Both the position numbers and the translations under genes were made by a program. From contig CAZWLA010000001.1 in assembly GCA_964633845.1 (NCBI GenBank), positions 31,300 through 95,299 of the forward strand: a DNA stretch of 64,000 nucleotides. Direction: 5' to 3'. Positions 9,031 to 20,017 of the stretch are shown piece by piece. The stretch's first letter is position 1, and the number at the start of each line of letters is the position of its first letter. A model generated the notes under the pieces. It saw only the letters and a program-made list of their open reading frames with translations, was not told where the DNA came from and did not search any database. The stretch is from an uncultured Arcobacteraceae bacterium (GTDB lineage Bacteria; Campylobacterota; Campylobacteria; Campylobacterales; Arcobacteraceae).

Positions 9031-9774
9031 CTAAAATCCAAATCTGTTAAACTCTTTTGGTTCTTTAGCGATAAATGTATATCCTAGTAGCTCAGTCTTT
9101 TTAGAATGTAAAAGCATTCTATTTGTATGAGATGAAGTTTTACCATATTGTGCATCACCTAAAATAGGGTATTTTATACTAGCAAGGTGAACTCTAATTT
9201 GGTGTGTTCTACCATGCTCTATTATAATTTTAATTTTAGATTTATTACCCTCTATAAACATAGGAATTATAGTAGTTTTTGCAGGTTTACCTATCTCTAA
9301 ATCAATTTTACTTCTAGCAACTTTACCTTTGTGTGTGATAATTGGTTGGTCTATTACCTCTTCTTCTGCAACTTTACCTTCTACAATAGCTACATATTCT
9401 TTATAAACTTTATTTTGTTTAAATTCTTTTATAGCCTTTCTTCTAAAATCTTCATTTTTAGCAAATAGCATAACACCACTTGTTTCTTTATCAAGTCTAT
9501 TTAGAAGCATTGCATGTGGAAATGATTTACTTACATGTTCGGCAGTTTCAAAAGCTGGTTTGTCTACTGCAATAATATCATCATCTTCAAATATTACTTT
9601 AGTTATTTGTGCTTGTTGAACTTTAAATATAGTTGTGTCACTAATCTCTCCACGTGCGATAGTTATTTTTCTACCACCTACACTTACTAGACCTTTGTCT
9701 ATTAATTCTTTTGCCTTTGAGTTTGAAATATTTTCTTGAATTGCTACAAGTTTATATGCTTTTTCTCGTGCCAT
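9031..9774 (-). CDS. RluA-family pseudouridine synthase with S4 domain
   Basis: 247 aa. S4-like N-terminus, catalytic LNRLDKETSGVMLFAK, and HQIRVHL. Confidence 0.85.
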   Translation of the reverse strand: MAREKAYKLVAIQENISNSKAKELIDKGLVSVGGRKITIARGEISDTTIFKVQQAQITKVIFEDDDIIAVDKPAFETAEHVSKSFPHAMLLNRLDKETSGVMLFAKNEDFRRKAIKEFKQNKVYKEYVAIVEGKVAEEEVIDQPIITHKGKVARSKIDLEIGKPAKTTIIPMFIEGNKSKIKIIIEHGRTHQIRVHLASIKYPILGDAQYGKTSSHTNRMLLHSKKTELLGYTFIAKEPKEFNRFGF

Positions 9775-10931
9775 TAGTATCCTTTTTGAATATCTTTAAT
9801 TATTGGATCAATATCTCCAATTTTGCTAAGTGTCGCTTTTGGAATATTTTTTATATTTCGCATAATATCTAAAATTTCCTCATTTTTAATAATTTTATAA
9901 TTATTCACACATTCAAATAGTGCTTTTTGATTAAATATATATTCCCCACTAATTACTCTACAGTTAAAATATGCAGGCTCTATTGGATTATGTCCACCAA
10001 TTTTTTCAAATGCACCACCTAGAATTACTGCATCACTTATTTGAAAAATGTTAATTAATTCACCCATTGTATCTATTAAAACAATATCACTACTTAATGA
10101 TTGAGTATTAGTGTATCTTGAATAAGTAATATCTTTATTTTTTATATATGTTTTAATTTGTTTATCTACTACTTCAAATCTTTCTGGATGTCTTGGTACT
10201 ATTATAAGTCTTCCCATCTCTTTAGAGTAATTATTTAAAATCAATTCTTCTTCATTTGTATGTGAACTAGCTAGAGTTATATTAAATCTGTTATCATATT
10301 TTTCTAGTTTTCTTGATATTTTAGGTAGATTTGATAATTTTATGTTCCCAATAGATGATACATTGGTAGCTCCAAGTTCTTCTAATCTTATTTTATCAAC
10401 ATCAGACTGTGCAAATATAGAATCAATATTTTTAAATATTCTTTTGTAAAACCAAGAGAATTTCTTATATGAACTATATGATTTATCACTTATTCTGGCA
10501 TTTATTAGTATTATTTTTATTTGTTTTGATTTAGCTACTAAAAATAGCATATACCAAAGCTCTGCTTCCATCACTACAAGTACTTTTTGTTTTGTAATCC
10601 AAAATGGTAGAAATATCTCAAATGGAAGGTATCTACTATTTGAAGATAAAGGTTTGCTAGCTTCAAATCCAGTATTTGTGATCGTAGAGATATTTATAGG
10701 ATCACTTGTAAGTACTTTTAGTTTATCTATTATGGGTTTAAGTGATTTTGTCTCGCCCATTGAACAACTATGAAACCATATTCCATTTTCTTTAAATTTT
10801 GGATTATTTTTTAGAAAAAATCTAGCTGGTATAGCATCTTTATATTTATCACTTCTACTTTTAAATATTAGATATGGAAGGGCAATAATATATAATACAA
10901 CGGTAATTATATAATAGAAAAAGCTGAACAT
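9774..10931 (-). CDS. waaA: 3-deoxy-D-manno-octulosonic acid (Kdo) transferase
   Basis: 385 aa. N-terminal membrane anchor, WFHSCSMGETKS motif, GT-B C-terminal half with GGHNPIEP. Confidence 0.85.
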   Translation of the reverse strand: MFSFFYYIITVVLYIIALPYLIFKSRSDKYKDAIPARFFLKNNPKFKENGIWFHSCSMGETKSLKPIIDKLKVLTSDPINISTITNTGFEASKPLSSNSRYLPFEIFLPFWITKQKVLVVMEAELWYMLFLVAKSKQIKIILINARISDKSYSSYKKFSWFYKRIFKNIDSIFAQSDVDKIRLEELGATNVSSIGNIKLSNLPKISRKLEKYDNRFNITLASSHTNEEELILNNYSKEMGRLIIVPRHPERFEVVDKQIKTYIKNKDITYSRYTNTQSLSSDIVLIDTMGELINIFQISDAVILGGAFEKIGGHNPIEPAYFNCRVISGEYIFNQKALFECVNNYKIIKNEEILDIMRNIKNIPKATLSKIGDIDPIIKDIQKGY

Positions 10932-12470
10932 TTACTTATTCTCTTCTAAAAGTTGTGTAGCAAATTCTTTTGCTTGTGGTGTAATATGCTCATCACTTAT
11001 CATTCTAGCGATCTCATTAATTTTTCCAGCATGACCTAATTCTTTTATATTAGAAGTTTCGTTTTCCTTAGATACTAAGAAGTGTTGATTTGCAGTTGCA
11101 GTTAGTTGTGGCTGGTGAGATATTGCAAATATTTGATAGTATTTTGATAGTTGCGTTAATACTTTTGCTATTGAGGCACTCTCTTTACCGCTTAGATTTG
11201 CATCTATTTCATCTAAAAATAGTATCCCATTTGTATTTAATTCATATTTACTTCTTGCTGTTAAAAGAGCAAGTCTAAGTCTGTTAAATTCTCCACTACT
11301 TATATCTTTTAGATGTATCTCATTTAGTTTAAATTCAATAGTATCACAACCTGTAATATCTAATGGTTTAGTACCTATATTAATTGATAGATTGTCAAGA
11401 TATAAAAGTTTTAAGTAGTAGTTCATAGTATCTTGAAGAGTGGTGACATGTGAAGTTCTTATTTTAGAGATTAAGAGGGAATCTTGCTCAACTTTTATGA
11501 TTAGCTTTTTAATATTTTTTTCTATAATAGCTTTTTCAAATACGATATTATCATAAGACTCTAACTCTAGCTCTTTTTGTCGTTTGAATTCTAATGCATC
11601 TTCAATAGATCCATATTTTTTTTCTAAATAATTTAGATCTTCAATTCTAGTGAGTAGTTGTTCTATCTCATTGTTATCTAAATTTTCAAATGAATCATTA
11701 TATTTTTCAATTTGATTTTCAACTTCACTGATGGTATCATCAAAAAATAAACTATCAATATCTAGTTTATGTAAAAGTTCACTAATATAATGTGAATTTT
11801 CTAAAATAGGTTTAGCATTATTAATAGCATCATCAATTTTATCTTTTTTAGATAGTTTAGATTTAAATTCTTGTAAGTTATCTAATTCATCTATTTTAGG
11901 ATTAATTATAGATATCTTATCAATTTGTGATTTTGTAAATTCAATAAGATCATCAAGATTAGACTCATCATCATTTATCTTTGCTAGTTTAAATTTTAGA
12001 TTTTCTAACTCTTTAAAATTTCTAGTAAAATTATCTTTTAGAATTTTGAAGTTTGGATCCTCTTTTGTAGCAAGTAAATCAAGGAAGTCAATAATCTTAT
12101 TAGAATCAAAATCACTAGTGTCTTTTAGGTGTAGATGTTTACTGAATTTCTTAGTGAATTCTTGTAGCTGTTTTTTTGCAATTGTTTGGGAATTTAAAAA
12201 ATATCTAGTTTTAGAGCCTGTTGTTTGCTTGATAGTAAATTCATCATCTTTTTCTATCATAAAATCATTATAGAAAATTTTTGGATTATTAATAGTAGTC
12301 TCACTAATTTTAGCTTTACTTATAGAATTACCAAAAAGTGATAATATAGAGTTCATCAGTATAGACTTACCTGCTCCACTAGCTCCACTAAACACAATGA
12401 GACCATGTTCGAATTCACAATCTATCTCATCAAATGATATATAGTCTTTTAGATAAAATCTTGAAATCAT
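10932..12470 (-). CDS. recN: DNA repair protein RecN
   Basis: 512 aa. Walker A GASGAGKS, long coiled-coil, signature SGGE, Walker B ILFLDEID. Confidence 0.9.
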   Translation of the reverse strand: MISRFYLKDYISFDEIDCEFEHGLIVFSGASGAGKSILMNSILSLFGNSISKAKISETTINNPKIFYNDFMIEKDDEFTIKQTTGSKTRYFLNSQTIAKKQLQEFTKKFSKHLHLKDTSDFDSNKIIDFLDLLATKEDPNFKILKDNFTRNFKELENLKFKLAKINDDESNLDDLIEFTKSQIDKISIINPKIDELDNLQEFKSKLSKKDKIDDAINNAKPILENSHYISELLHKLDIDSLFFDDTISEVENQIEKYNDSFENLDNNEIEQLLTRIEDLNYLEKKYGSIEDALEFKRQKELELESYDNIVFEKAIIEKNIKKLIIKVEQDSLLISKIRTSHVTTLQDTMNYYLKLLYLDNLSINIGTKPLDITGCDTIEFKLNEIHLKDISSGEFNRLRLALLTARSKYELNTNGILFLDEIDANLSGKESASIAKVLTQLSKYYQIFAISHQPQLTATANQHFLVSKENETSNIKELGHAGKINEIARMISDEHITPQAKEFATQLLEENK

Positions 12471-13345
12471 GATTGTGTAGTATGACCCCAGTTTAGTTTT
12501 TGTTTTAATACATCAAAATAATTTCTCTCATCTCTATGTATTAGTTTTGCTTTTTTATTGGCAGTTTTTACTTTAAGTATATCACCACTTTGTAAATTAA
12601 GTCTATCTTGGCCATCAATAATAATAGTTAAATCTTGATTGTTTGCGCTTGATAATTCTATTTCAAAGTCTTTTGGAAGGACTAATGGTCGTTGAGTGAG
12701 AGAGTGAGCGGAAATTGGTGTTACGATTAATGCTTCTGTAAGGGGATATATTACTGGTCCACCACAAGATAAATTATATGCAGTTGAACCAGTTGGTGTA
12801 GCAATAATTAAACCATCACCATAATAGCTATTAAAAAGTCTTCCATTTACTCTAGCATCAATGCTAGCCATACTTTCAATTGCTTTTCGTGTAAGAACCA
12901 TATCATTAAATGCTACATAAGTATTTCCATTTATATTAATCTCAAGCATCATTCTTTGATCTATTCTATAGTTTCCTGCTAGCATTTGATCTAAAAACAT
13001 ATCAATTTCATCTGGCATAATATCTGTTAAAAATCCAAGTGTTCCTAGATTAATACCTAGAATAGGTATATTTACTGTTAAACTTCTTCTGCATACCGAG
13101 ATTAATGTTCCATCTCCACCTATTGATACTAGAAAATCACTTTTATTACAAAGCTCTTCAAAGTCTATACCATCTTTATCAATGATTTTTGCACTATTTT
13201 TTTCAACAATAGTATCAATTCCTTTGGAATTAAATGTATCGATTAGTCTTAGGTAGGTATCTCTAAGATTTATAGCCTCAGGTTTAAATATTAATCCTGC
13301 AACTTTTGTAGAGGCTAGTTGTTCTTGATTATTTGTTATTTTCAT
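12467..13345 (-). CDS. nadK: NAD kinase
   Basis: 292 aa. GGDGT motif, NxGxLGFL (INLGTLGFL), TPTGSTAY. Confidence 0.9.
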   Translation of the reverse strand: MKITNNQEQLASTKVAGLIFKPEAINLRDTYLRLIDTFNSKGIDTIVEKNSAKIIDKDGIDFEELCNKSDFLVSIGGDGTLISVCRRSLTVNIPILGINLGTLGFLTDIMPDEIDMFLDQMLAGNYRIDQRMMLEININGNTYVAFNDMVLTRKAIESMASIDARVNGRLFNSYYGDGLIIATPTGSTAYNLSCGGPVIYPLTEALIVTPISAHSLTQRPLVLPKDFEIELSSANNQDLTIIIDGQDRLNLQSGDILKVKTANKKAKLIHRDERNYFDVLKQKLNWGHTTQS

Positions 13346-13362
13346 AATAATATTATATCTAG

Positions 13363-14859
13363 TTATCTCTTTCTATAACTTAATGCTTCTAGTAGGTGTT
13401 TTTGAGCGATATTATCACTATTGTCTAGATCAGCAATTGTTCTTGATATTTTTAGGATTTTATTTATTGCTCTAAATGATAATGAAAAATTTTGTATAGC
13501 TTGATTGAGAATTTGTGTAGATTTTTCATTCAAAATACAATATTTTTTAATGTCACTATCATTTAATTTTCCATTTAAATCTTTTTGACCACGTATCATT
13601 TGTCTTTGAAATCCATTTAGTACCTTCTGGTGCATCTCATATGATGTGCAGTCTGAGATATCATCTGATGTTACTTCACTCATAGTTACATATAGATCAA
13701 TACGATCTAAAAATGGATCGGAAAGTCTATTTTTATATCTTTGAATCTCAGGCTCATTACATCTGCAATCTTTGGATTGTGATAATAAATTGCCGCATGG
13801 ACAAGGATTCATCGCTGATAAAAAAAGAAACTTTGTATCATGTTTAATTTTTGTATTTACTCTAGATACAAGTACAGTATAATCTTCAAGTGGTTCTCTC
13901 ATAGCTTCTATGATAGTTTTAGAAAAATGTGGAAGTTCATCAAAAAATAATAATCCACCATTACTTAAACTCACCTCACCTATCTTTGTACCACCAATAA
14001 TAGATGCTTTTGTTGATGAATGATGTGGTGAAATTAAATTTCTTGTAGGTTTAAAACTAGGTTCTTTTAGCTGTAGTGAGTCTAGTTTAGCTTTTTCTAA
14101 TATTTCCTCTAGGCTCATTGGATGCATAATATATTGTAGCCTTTTACTTATCATACTCTTACCACATCCAGGGCTTCCTTCAAATATGATATTATGGTTA
14201 CCAGTAGCACTTATTAGTGCTGCTCTTTTAGCTATTGTTTGCCCTTTTACTTCACTGAAATCTACTGGATAGTCATAACTATAATAGTACTTTGTATCGT
14301 TGCATATTATATAATTATATTCAAAATTATTGTTTAGTATTTTATATTTGTCTTTTTGATTAAAGCTAAAAAAGTCTATAGCTTCTAAGAGTGTATTAAC
14401 AGCATATATATTAATATTTGGTATTTTTGATACTTTACTAATAGACTCTATAGGTATGAGTACATTTTTAATAAGTCCTTGCTTTGCAAGTGATAGTATG
14501 AGTACAAATATTGATTTTGTATCTTTTAGTGAACCATCAAGACCCAATTCACCAAAAATATAAAAATCTTGAAATTCTATAGCTTCCTCTTGAAGAGCAA
14601 TTAGTAAGGCAATACTAGCATCAAAGTGGCTACCTGATTTTGCTATTTCTGATGGAGACAGGTTAATGGTAATCTTTTTTGGAGGAAATTTAAACTTATT
14701 AAAAAGTAAAGCAGATTTAATTCTATCTTTGCTCTCTTGGATAGCATTATTTCCGAGGCCAACTATGCTAAAAGATGGTAAGCCTTTTGTAAATGTTGAT
14801 TCAACATCTACACTTATAGCTTCAAATCCATCTATAGATGCACATTTTAATTGTTTCAT
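13363..14859 (-). CDS. comM: YifB/ComM family Mg-chelatase-like AAA+ ATPase
   Basis: 498 aa. Lon-like N-domain, Walker A GSPGCGKS, Walker B LFFDELPHF, zinc-ribbon-like CPCG...CRC. Confidence 0.85.
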   Translation of the reverse strand: MKQLKCASIDGFEAISVDVESTFTKGLPSFSIVGLGNNAIQESKDRIKSALLFNKFKFPPKKITINLSPSEIAKSGSHFDASIALLIALQEEAIEFQDFYIFGELGLDGSLKDTKSIFVLILSLAKQGLIKNVLIPIESISKVSKIPNINIYAVNTLLEAIDFFSFNQKDKYKILNNNFEYNYIICNDTKYYYSYDYPVDFSEVKGQTIAKRAALISATGNHNIIFEGSPGCGKSMISKRLQYIMHPMSLEEILEKAKLDSLQLKEPSFKPTRNLISPHHSSTKASIIGGTKIGEVSLSNGGLLFFDELPHFSKTIIEAMREPLEDYTVLVSRVNTKIKHDTKFLFLSAMNPCPCGNLLSQSKDCRCNEPEIQRYKNRLSDPFLDRIDLYVTMSEVTSDDISDCTSYEMHQKVLNGFQRQMIRGQKDLNGKLNDSDIKKYCILNEKSTQILNQAIQNFSLSFRAINKILKISRTIADLDNSDNIAQKHLLEALSYRKR

Positions 14860-14915
14860 GAGATACTCCTATTGTATATAGGAATGATTGTAGCAAGATT
14901 TTATCCTAGCTATAA

Positions 14916-14940
14916 AAAATATTGCAATTTGCAATATTTT
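14916..14940 (-). terminator. Perfect 12-1-12 palindrome at the def stop (likely def terminator or an operator upstream of comM)
   Basis: AAAATATTGCAA T TTGCAATATTTT. On the minus-strand RNA the hairpin is followed by additional U residues. It overlaps the last base of the def stop codon. Confidence 0.5.
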
Positions 14941-15488
14941 TATAAGTCTTTATGTCTTTTGGCTTCTTTGAGCTTCTTTTTCCACTCTTTTTCAAACTTC
15001 TTTCGTTTCATAAAAGATAGATTATCGATAAATACATGTCCTGTGAGATGTTCCATCTCGTGTTGCCAAGCAACAGCCAAAAAGTCATCCGCATCCATAG
15101 TTTGAAGTTGTCCATCTCTATTGTAATATTCTACAGTAATATTCATAGCTCTTGTTACTTCCTCATGAAATTCAGGAATACTAAGACAACCTTCTGTAAA
15201 TATTTGCTCACCGTCTTTATGTGTAATTTTAGGGTTTATAGCTTCAATAAGGTTTTCTTTTGGTTGAATCTCTTGCTCTGGATTATCTGGGTCTTCTACG
15301 GGAATATTAATTATAAGTACATTAAGTGGTGTTCCTATTTGTACAGCAGCAAGCCCAACACCACCAGCATAATTCATAGTATCATTCATGTCATCAAGTA
15401 GAGTGTGTAGCTCTTCATCAAAGTTAATCACATCTTGAGATTTTTTTCTTAAGATAGGATTTGGGTAGGTGATTATTTTTTTAATCAT
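14940..15488 (-). CDS. def: Peptide deformylase
   Basis: 182 aa. GVGLAAVQIG, EGCLSIP and HEMEHL motifs. Confidence 0.95.
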   Translation of the reverse strand: MIKKIITYPNPILRKKSQDVINFDEELHTLLDDMNDTMNYAGGVGLAAVQIGTPLNVLIINIPVEDPDNPEQEIQPKENLIEAINPKITHKDGEQIFTEGCLSIPEFHEEVTRAMNITVEYYNRDGQLQTMDADDFLAVAWQHEMEHLTGHVFIDNLSFMKRKKFEKEWKKKLKEAKRHKDL

Positions 15489-15493
15489 AGAAA

Positions 15494-16078
15494 TTATTTA
15501 TGGTTTGTGATAACTTTATCTACTAGACCATATTCTAGCGCTTCTTGTGCACTCATAAAGTTATCTCTATCTGTATCTTTTTCTAAAGTTGTGATATCTT
15601 GCCCAGTTTGAGAAGCTAGTATAGAATTTAAACTATCCTTCATCCTTTGGATCTCAGCAGCTTGAATTTGAATATCAGTAGCTTGACCTTGTGCACCACC
15701 TAGTGGTTGGTGAATCATAATTCTAGAGTTTGGTAAAGAAAATCTTTTCCCTTTTGTTCCAGAGCTTAATAAAAATGATCCCATAGATGCAGCTTGACCT
15801 ATACAAATTGTACAAATATCTGGTCTAATATAGTTCATTGTATCATAGATACTCATCCCACTTGTAATCACACCACCTGGAGAATTAATATAAATAAATA
15901 TATCCTTATCAGGATCTTCTGCTTCTAAAAAAAGAAGTTGTGCAACAACTGTCGAAGCTACTTGATCATTGATTTCACCACTAAGCATAATGATTCTATC
16001 TTTAAGAAGTCTAGAGTATATATCATAGCTTCTCTCACCTCGACCAGTTTGTTCTACAACATATGGGATATAGCTCAT
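15494..16078 (-). CDS. clpP: ATP-dependent Clp protease proteolytic subunit
   Basis: 194 aa. [16 protein letters not shown], catalytic [16 protein letters not shown]. Confidence 0.97.
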   Translation of the reverse strand: MSYIPYVVEQTGRGERSYDIYSRLLKDRIIMLSGEINDQVASTVVAQLLFLEAEDPDKDIFIYINSPGGVITSGMSIYDTMNYIRPDICTICIGQAASMGSFLLSSGTKGKRFSLPNSRIMIHQPLGGAQGQATDIQIQAAEIQRMKDSLNSILASQTGQDITTLEKDTDRDNFMSAQEALEYGLVDKVITNHK

Positions 16079-16082
16079 AAAA

Positions 16083-17384
16083 TTAGTTTCCTACTTTTTC
16101 GTCTAAAAGTTTAGTAATAACTTTTTGTTCAATCATTGACATTTTAATAGCTGGTAAATAACCTTGCTCTTCATATTGCTTAATCATAGCTTGACCATCT
16201 TGACCAGTCATCATCGCTTCATAATAAATAGTTTGAGTTACTTCTTGATCTGTTACATCTACACCTTCAGCTTTTGCAAGTGCATCAACAATAAATGTAG
16301 CTCTTACACTTTTTACTGCATCTGGATTTACTTCAGCTCTCATTGTATCAATTTTAGATTGATCTTCTTGAAGTGCTTTAACTTCATCTTCACTCATAGT
16401 TCTAATTTGATTGTTTAGTGCTTGGTTTTCCTCTTGCTCTAAGATTGAAGCAGGAATAGCAAACTCATTTGCCTCTACTAATGCTTCAATATATGCAGGC
16501 TTTAATTCTTCCTGGTAGTAAGTATTCATTTTTTCATTTTTGATTTGCTCTGATACTTTATCTTTTAGCATTGCTAAATCTGCATCTTCTTCACCTTGTA
16601 GAACTTGCTTAGCAAATGCATCATCAATTACAGGCTCACCTTTTTCTTGTAGCTCATGTAATGTAACTTTAAATACAACTTCAGCTCCAGCTAAATCTTC
16701 TGATTGATACTCTTCTGGGAATGTTACAGTGATATCTTTTTGCTCTTCATATTTCATACCAATTACTTGATCTTCAAATCCAGGAATAAATGAACCTGAA
16801 CCAAGCTCTAGTGTATGACCATCAGCTTTTCCACCTTCAAATGCTACACCATCTTTAAATCCTTCAAAATCGATTACAGCATGATCACCTTTTCTTGCCA
16901 TTCTTTTTCTTTTGATTTTCTGTAATGGAGCATTTTGTCCTGCCATATCTTTAAGTCTAGTATCAACTTCTTCTTCTGAACAATCTTTAACTTCTACTTC
17001 TGGTAATAGTGATTTGTAATCACCTAAATTAACTTCTGGTCTAGCAGAGATTTTAATCTCAACACTGATTGAACCATCTTCATTTTTATCAAATTTAGTT
17101 ACTGCTGGCTCACCAACTAATCTATCATTTGAAATTTCAAGTTCATTTAATGCTACAGTAAATACTTCTCTTAGTGCTTCACCTTCAGCATCTTGAGCCA
17201 TTTTAGCTCCATATCTTTGCTTGATAACTGCTACAGGTACTTTACCTTTTCTAAAACCCTGAACATCCATAGTCTTAGCAGCATTTTTTGCAATACCATC
17301 TAATTTAGCATCAATTAACTCTTTTGGTAGAACTGCGTCTACAACTGCATTTGCTTCATCTATTTTGTTTACATTATATTCCAT
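16083..17384 (-). CDS. tig: Trigger factor
   Basis: 433 aa. GFRKGKVP ribosome-binding loop and an FKBP-type middle domain. It sits in the conserved tig-clpP-def order. Confidence 0.93.
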   Translation of the reverse strand: MEYNVNKIDEANAVVDAVLPKELIDAKLDGIAKNAAKTMDVQGFRKGKVPVAVIKQRYGAKMAQDAEGEALREVFTVALNELEISNDRLVGEPAVTKFDKNEDGSISVEIKISARPEVNLGDYKSLLPEVEVKDCSEEEVDTRLKDMAGQNAPLQKIKRKRMARKGDHAVIDFEGFKDGVAFEGGKADGHTLELGSGSFIPGFEDQVIGMKYEEQKDITVTFPEEYQSEDLAGAEVVFKVTLHELQEKGEPVIDDAFAKQVLQGEEDADLAMLKDKVSEQIKNEKMNTYYQEELKPAYIEALVEANEFAIPASILEQEENQALNNQIRTMSEDEVKALQEDQSKIDTMRAEVNPDAVKSVRATFIVDALAKAEGVDVTDQEVTQTIYYEAMMTGQDGQAMIKQYEEQGYLPAIKMSMIEQKVITKLLDEKVGN

Positions 17385-17445
17385 GTAAATTTACTCCATG
17401 TATTAAAAATTTATAGGATTTTATCCAAAAAGCCCTTAAATAAGA

Positions 17446-18825
17446 TTATTTACTAAGCCACCGCTTAAATATCTCAATTTGCTCTTTTGTTTTTTGAGTA
17501 CTAGTACCACCAAAGCTTGTTCTAGCATTCATTGAGTTTCGTAAGTTTAAGTATTCAACAATCTCTTTGTTAACCATTGATATTTCACTATTTGATTCTC
17601 TTATCTCATCAATTGTTAGTTCGCTCATATCTTTATTTAAGCTATTTGCTTTTGCTACCACATCTTTTGTGATATAGTATGCAGTTCTAAAGGGCATATT
17701 TGCGTTTGTAACTAAATAGTCAGCAAGATCAGTTGCACTTAGGTGGCCTACTTTACAAGCATCTTCCATAGTATCCACATTTATAATCAAGGTATCCATA
17801 ACTGCACTTAGAATATCAAGTGAAATATCAAGTGTTTTTACACTATCAAATACACCCTCTTTATCTTCTTGTGTATCTTTATTATAAGCTAATGGAAGCC
17901 CTTTCATAACTGTTAATAAACTCATAAGGTTACCATATGCTCGACCTGTTTTACCTCTAAGAAGTTCAGGTACATCTGGATTTTTCTTTTGAGGCATAAT
18001 TGATGATGTAGTAGCATACTCATCAGACATTTTTACAAATCCAAATTCATAAGATGACCATAAGATAAGCTCTTCACTTAGTCTACTAATATGCATCATA
18101 GATACAGAGATATTGTAAAGTATATCAAGTGCAAAGTCTCTGTTTGAACTTGTATCTAAAGCACAAAGTGTTGGTGAATCAAAGCCAAGAAGTTCGGCAG
18201 TTTTATCTCTATCAATATTATGTGGAGTTCCTGCTAGTGCAGCTGATCCTAAAGGACAATTATTATTTCTTTCAAATGAACTTTCAAATCTTTCAAAATC
18301 TCTTTTAAACATATTTGCATACGCCATTAAATGGTATCCAAAATTTATAGGTTGAGCATGTTGTAGGTGAGTCATACCTGGAATTAAAGTTTCAGTGTGT
18401 TTATCTGAGATTTGTACTAATATCTTAATAAGAGTTTTTAACTTATCTTTTAATACTAGCGTCTTATCTTGTACATAAAGTGAAAAATCAGTAGCAACCT
18501 GATCATTTCGACTTCTTGCAGTATGAAGTCGTTTCCCTGCATCTCCAATAAGGGTAATTAGACGACTTTCAATAGCCATATGAACATCTTCATGTTCAAT
18601 TTTCCATTCAAAATTTCCAGATTCAATCTCATCTTTTATTTGTAATAGCCCAGCTTCAATTTTTTCTTGATCTTCAACAGTTATAATATCTTGTAATGCA
18701 AGCATTTTACTATGGGCAATACTCCCTTTTATATCTTGTGCATAAAGTTCTTTATCAAACATCACTGATGCATTAAATTCATCTAGTAGTGCAGCATTCG
18801 TATTTTTTAATATTTGTTCAGACAT
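17446..18825 (-). CDS. argH: Argininosuccinate lyase
   Basis: 459 aa. [12 protein letters not shown], the fumarate-lyase signature [11 protein letters not shown], and GYHLMAY. Confidence 0.93.
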   Translation of the reverse strand: MSEQILKNTNAALLDEFNASVMFDKELYAQDIKGSIAHSKMLALQDIITVEDQEKIEAGLLQIKDEIESGNFEWKIEHEDVHMAIESRLITLIGDAGKRLHTARSRNDQVATDFSLYVQDKTLVLKDKLKTLIKILVQISDKHTETLIPGMTHLQHAQPINFGYHLMAYANMFKRDFERFESSFERNNNCPLGSAALAGTPHNIDRDKTAELLGFDSPTLCALDTSSNRDFALDILYNISVSMMHISRLSEELILWSSYEFGFVKMSDEYATTSSIMPQKKNPDVPELLRGKTGRAYGNLMSLLTVMKGLPLAYNKDTQEDKEGVFDSVKTLDISLDILSAVMDTLIINVDTMEDACKVGHLSATDLADYLVTNANMPFRTAYYITKDVVAKANSLNKDMSELTIDEIRESNSEISMVNKEIVEYLNLRNSMNARTSFGGTSTQKTKEQIEIFKRWLSK

Positions 18826-18898
18826 ATCTTACCTAATTTGATTTTTTGAGATTATATCATAAATATTTATAAGTTATGAAAGGGATCTAAGGTATGAG

Positions 18899-18997
18899 AT
18901 TTTGATAATGGTAAGGCGAAGATAAAATTTATTGATTGAGCTTACTGTAGTAAGTGATTGAAATAAATTTTATCTTTAACGAAAGCATTATCAAAAT
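18899..18997. repeat. ~100-nt compound inverted repeat between nifU (3' end) and argH (5' end)
   Basis: Outer 12-bp perfect arms ATTTTGATAATG (18899-18910) / CATTATCAAAAT (18986-18997). Inner 15-bp perfect arms AAGATAAAATTTATT (18919-18933) / AATAAATTTTATCTT (18962-18976). Apical CTTACT-GT-AGTAAG is flanked by direct GATTGA copies. No U-tract on either strand. Confidence 0.6.
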
Positions 18998-19005
18998 ATA
19001 ATGCC

Positions 19006-19986
19006 TTAGATTGGTAGTACTCTTATATTTTCATCTACTTTAGACTTAAGTGTAGATTCAATAGCATAAAGTGTACCAGTTGAACCAGAAGCACATGATC
19101 CACAAGCACCTAAGTATCTAATATAAATATCATAGTATGGAAGATTTTCTTTAATATCTACAATCTCCATATCTCCACCATCCATAACAAGCATAGGTCT
19201 AATATATTCAGCAATTACAGCATCAACTGCATGTATTCTTTGTACTATTGTCATCTTATCAAAACTCATCTCACCAGATTCCGTTGTATTTGCAGCAGCT
19301 TCAAGTGCCTCTTGATCCATTTGAGCTCTTACATCAGCTAAGATATCAACTAAATAGATATCTTTTGGTTCATGACCACCAGGTCTAATACATGATTTAC
19401 AGAATGCTCCAGCTTTTGTAATATCAATAATTTGTTCAACTTCTTTGATATTGTTTTCTCTAATAGCATTGATAATCTCTTGATGAGTAACTCTTGCACA
19501 CTCACATACAATATCTTGATTTACTAGAGTGTCTCTGTCTACACCTTTATATTGAGATGCAGCTTCTAAAATAACATCATATGCCATAACTGAACAGTGC
19601 ATTTTTTGTGGTGGAACTGCTGGAGTACCATCATCATCTCTTAAAAATGCTTCAACTTCTGTATTTGTAATATTAATCGCTTCATCAACTTTTTTACCTA
19701 TACAAAGCTCAGCCATAGCATCAGAAGATGCAATCGCTGTACCACATCCAAAAGATTTAAATTTACTATCTAAAATAGTATCTGTTTTTTCATCTACAAG
19801 CCAAAATAGTCTTACTGCATCACCACATGATTCTGCTCCAAAATCTGCTACAATTAATCTTGCACCAGCTTTATCTGCATCTTCTTGTGTAAATTCACCC
19901 ATTGCAACTGGGTTATTCATTCTATCTTGAACTTTTTTACTGTATTGTTCCCATACATTTCCACTAATCATATCACTTCTTGCCAT
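19006..19986 (-). CDS. nifU: NifU-type Fe-S cluster scaffold protein (three-domain, Helicobacter/Campylobacter type)
   Basis: 326 aa. IscU-like N-domain (GAESCGDAV, FGCGTAIASS), central [2Fe-2S] cysteines, C-terminal Nfu domain with GACGSCASG. Confidence 0.9.
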   Translation of the reverse strand: MARSDMISGNVWEQYSKKVQDRMNNPVAMGEFTQEDADKAGARLIVADFGAESCGDAVRLFWLVDEKTDTILDSKFKSFGCGTAIASSDAMAELCIGKKVDEAINITNTEVEAFLRDDDGTPAVPPQKMHCSVMAYDVILEAASQYKGVDRDTLVNQDIVCECARVTHQEIINAIRENNIKEVEQIIDITKAGAFCKSCIRPGGHEPKDIYLVDILADVRAQMDQEALEAAANTTESGEMSFDKMTIVQRIHAVDAVIAEYIRPMLVMDGGDMEIVDIKENLPYYDIYIRYLGACGSCASGSTGTLYAIESTLKSKVDENIRVLPI

Positions 19987-20017
19987 GATTTACTCCTTTT
20001 ATATTTTCTTTTTTATA

